Shown here piece by piece: positions 63,701 through 64,000 of a DNA stretch of 64,000 nucleotides (the stretch's first letter is position 1; the number at the start of each line of letters is the position of its first letter). This DNA is from Sandaracinaceae bacterium. Lineage in GTDB: Bacteria; Myxococcota_A; Polyangia; Polyangiales; Houyiibacteriaceae. Where the stretch lies: NCBI GenBank assembly GCA_016706685.1, contig JADJJE010000001.1, forward strand, positions 449,575 to 513,574, written 5' to 3'. A program made the translations under genes and the position numbers. Below the pieces are notes generated by a model. That model was not told the DNA's origin and ran no database searches. It worked only from the letters and a program-made list of their open reading frames with translations.

Positions 63701-64000
63701 AGAGCGCGATGCCGATGCGCTGCTCGAGCGTGCCGACCAAGCACTGCTGCCGCTGTGCATCGCCCCCGAGACCGCGAGCGTGGTCTCCGATGCGCTCACG
63801 GCGCTCCGCGACCTCTCGCGCGAGAACGCGGCCTGCACACTGGCGCTGCGTGCGCTCGACACACTCGGCGAGCGGGAGCTCTTGAAGCAGAGCTGGGAGC
63901 TCGCCAAGTCCGGCGTGGACCAGGCCTCCAAGATCGCCACCCTCGAGCGCATCGTGGCGTGGACCGAAGCCTCGGCGCGCGTGGACCCGCTACGGCGCCT
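60717..64000 (+). CDS. Large DUF4388-like N-terminal domain + Pro-rich linker + TPR-like helical-repeat protein, open at the right edge
   Basis: Absent from the ORF track because it is open at the edge. I read the frame starting at ATG 60717 (MDSPSALVPGPIARTLLELAERGASGEIAIGGRKLVLHEGQVIGV...). I spot-read several stretches to position 64000 without meeting a stop, and GC3 bias was consistently high. The long minus-strand ORFs 60723..62357 and 62194..63744 are its shadows. Confidence 0.7.
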   Translation, partial: MDSPSALVPGPIARTLLELAERGASGEIAIGGRKLVLHEGQVIGVLPAPGDEPLDSFLVKAGRLDDAAARAARAKSEMSGNPLIRELETVLTPAQLTQGLRALWLDRLVFGLQTDVDAGQGLNDFEPAAALSARAGEHRTPLLELLLDALARRAGERDAGLVGSQASKLLIWQDSAHRAAAEAWAELPALDPPRVARLLATSPAAASRIAALLRAGLVFLSARVDSPPPPPPRPTTIAPPPAGPTEAAIAPAVIIESIPSAKLPARPASVPPPRLSEFGHKLTPLPPILMRLDDPLDPLEKRIANLEASSAPPRERATAWLEFGRAWQRHHRSLEEACRAFREAAAADPTYYDALDAAATMCTAMGRVELGNAYARAAAAAAGQPGERARSLKLIARNARRFGAIDEAEATLVQALEADPSDGDAFEELARVRHQRGDIVAAAAAAEAGAGAVRRPERARALLGFARALEDTPERTSAYARALCEGGFGEAALSELRLAAAAAGAPDVRRRFLLEAAEMAETAERPDLSHDFLIEAFVAEPQLEVLHDPLVADARSAQSDAQLAVVLEAVAAASTGAARARWLREAAEAHVRAAPHEPHDTWAAELLVRALAVDPASPETLSALQAEAGRAGHASLLLDGLERAGKAGQTAGESRDDDGARAARAELLDRATRLAEESGQLERAASCREQALALRGRSSADADLARLRALATKRGALLDLARRDLEAAPEAERGALAMRLGLLLRDVPSGRAEATRCLRTVLLGPAAHHAAAFGALVRVLRVAGLDAECVELLLRAPVHLSGTAAAEALCDAAGMLALAGDPLGCASAALRALELDPSSRVASARLDLAARQVGDPDLRQRALRSRLAQAPEASEAARLQGQIALVADAAGAPDIALQAARDALALDPRCADALALLVRYFDALPDREALEWVAPARAVLGDTPALLETCLALADRARDEELARALLDAHFRISPTPAVALERVRRTLRATERDPERDADALLERADQALLPLCIAPETASVVSDALTALRDLSRENAACTLALRALDTLGERELLKQSWELAKSGVDQASKIATLERIVAWTEASARVDPLRR

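Overview
Very GC-rich bacterial chromosomal DNA. Third codon positions are almost always G/C, so the six-frame track is full of long antisense shadow ORFs. Gene content suggests Myxococcota, though this is inference only: an MglA-family GTPase, MopE-like Cys-rich repeats, FG-GAP and PEGA proteins, a DUF4388-like/TPR giant protein, a non-canonical Hsp70/J pair, and a sigma54-type promoter.

Layout:
- 1-10.2 kb: complete dcw/mra cluster on the minus strand (mraZ-rsmH-ftsL-ftsI-murE-murF-mraY-murD-ftsW). ftsW runs off the left edge.
- 10.5-13.9 kb: small membrane protein, MglA-like GTPase, PocR-type histidine kinase, thiL.
- 14-23 kb: envelope and housekeeping genes (MCE/MlaD, EI24/CysZ-like, uppP, manC, EamA, cupin, YiiX-like).
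- 23.5-30.3 kb: one minus-strand string, Hsp70-like / J-protein / hisB-hisH-hisF / tail-anchored protein / phosphomannomutase.
- 30-38 kb: SDRs, a Sel1 protein, a 1071-aa FG-GAP protein with a TPR-PEGA partner.
- 38-41 kb: gyrA.
- 41-46 kb: small hypothetical and lipoprotein genes, a divergent RNase HII-like gene, an expansin-like lipoprotein, gdh.
- 47-50 kb: PilT-like ATPase and AI-2E transporter.
- 50-54.6 kb: GFA/TetR/GMC-oxidoreductase operon facing a tocopherol-cyclase-like gene.
- 54.6-60.6 kb: thioredoxin-rhodanese, deoC, SDR, YihY, small membrane proteins, epimerase.
- 60.7 kb to the right edge: large DUF4388-like/TPR protein, open at the edge.

I see no rRNA, tRNA, CRISPR array, transposase, integrase or phage genes. 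This looks like core chromosome rather than an accessory island, and I cannot point to a clear-cut new system.

Most interesting candidates:
1. The translationally coupled MglA-like GTPase / PocR histidine kinase module, which has no MglB next to it.
2. The lid-less Hsp70 with a roughly 130-aa Pro-rich insertion, coupled to a J/TPR-like protein.
3. The GMC oxidoreductase-TetR-GFA operon, with a near-perfect 26-28 bp palindromic operator, facing a tocopherol-cyclase-like gene.
4. A PilT-like ATPase with a degenerate duplicated N-domain.
5. A divergent RNase HII-like protein.

Three conserved genes (mraZ, thiL, the tocopherol-cyclase-like gene) each carry a single-nucleotide frame disruption. 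This may reflect assembly indel errors rather than biology.
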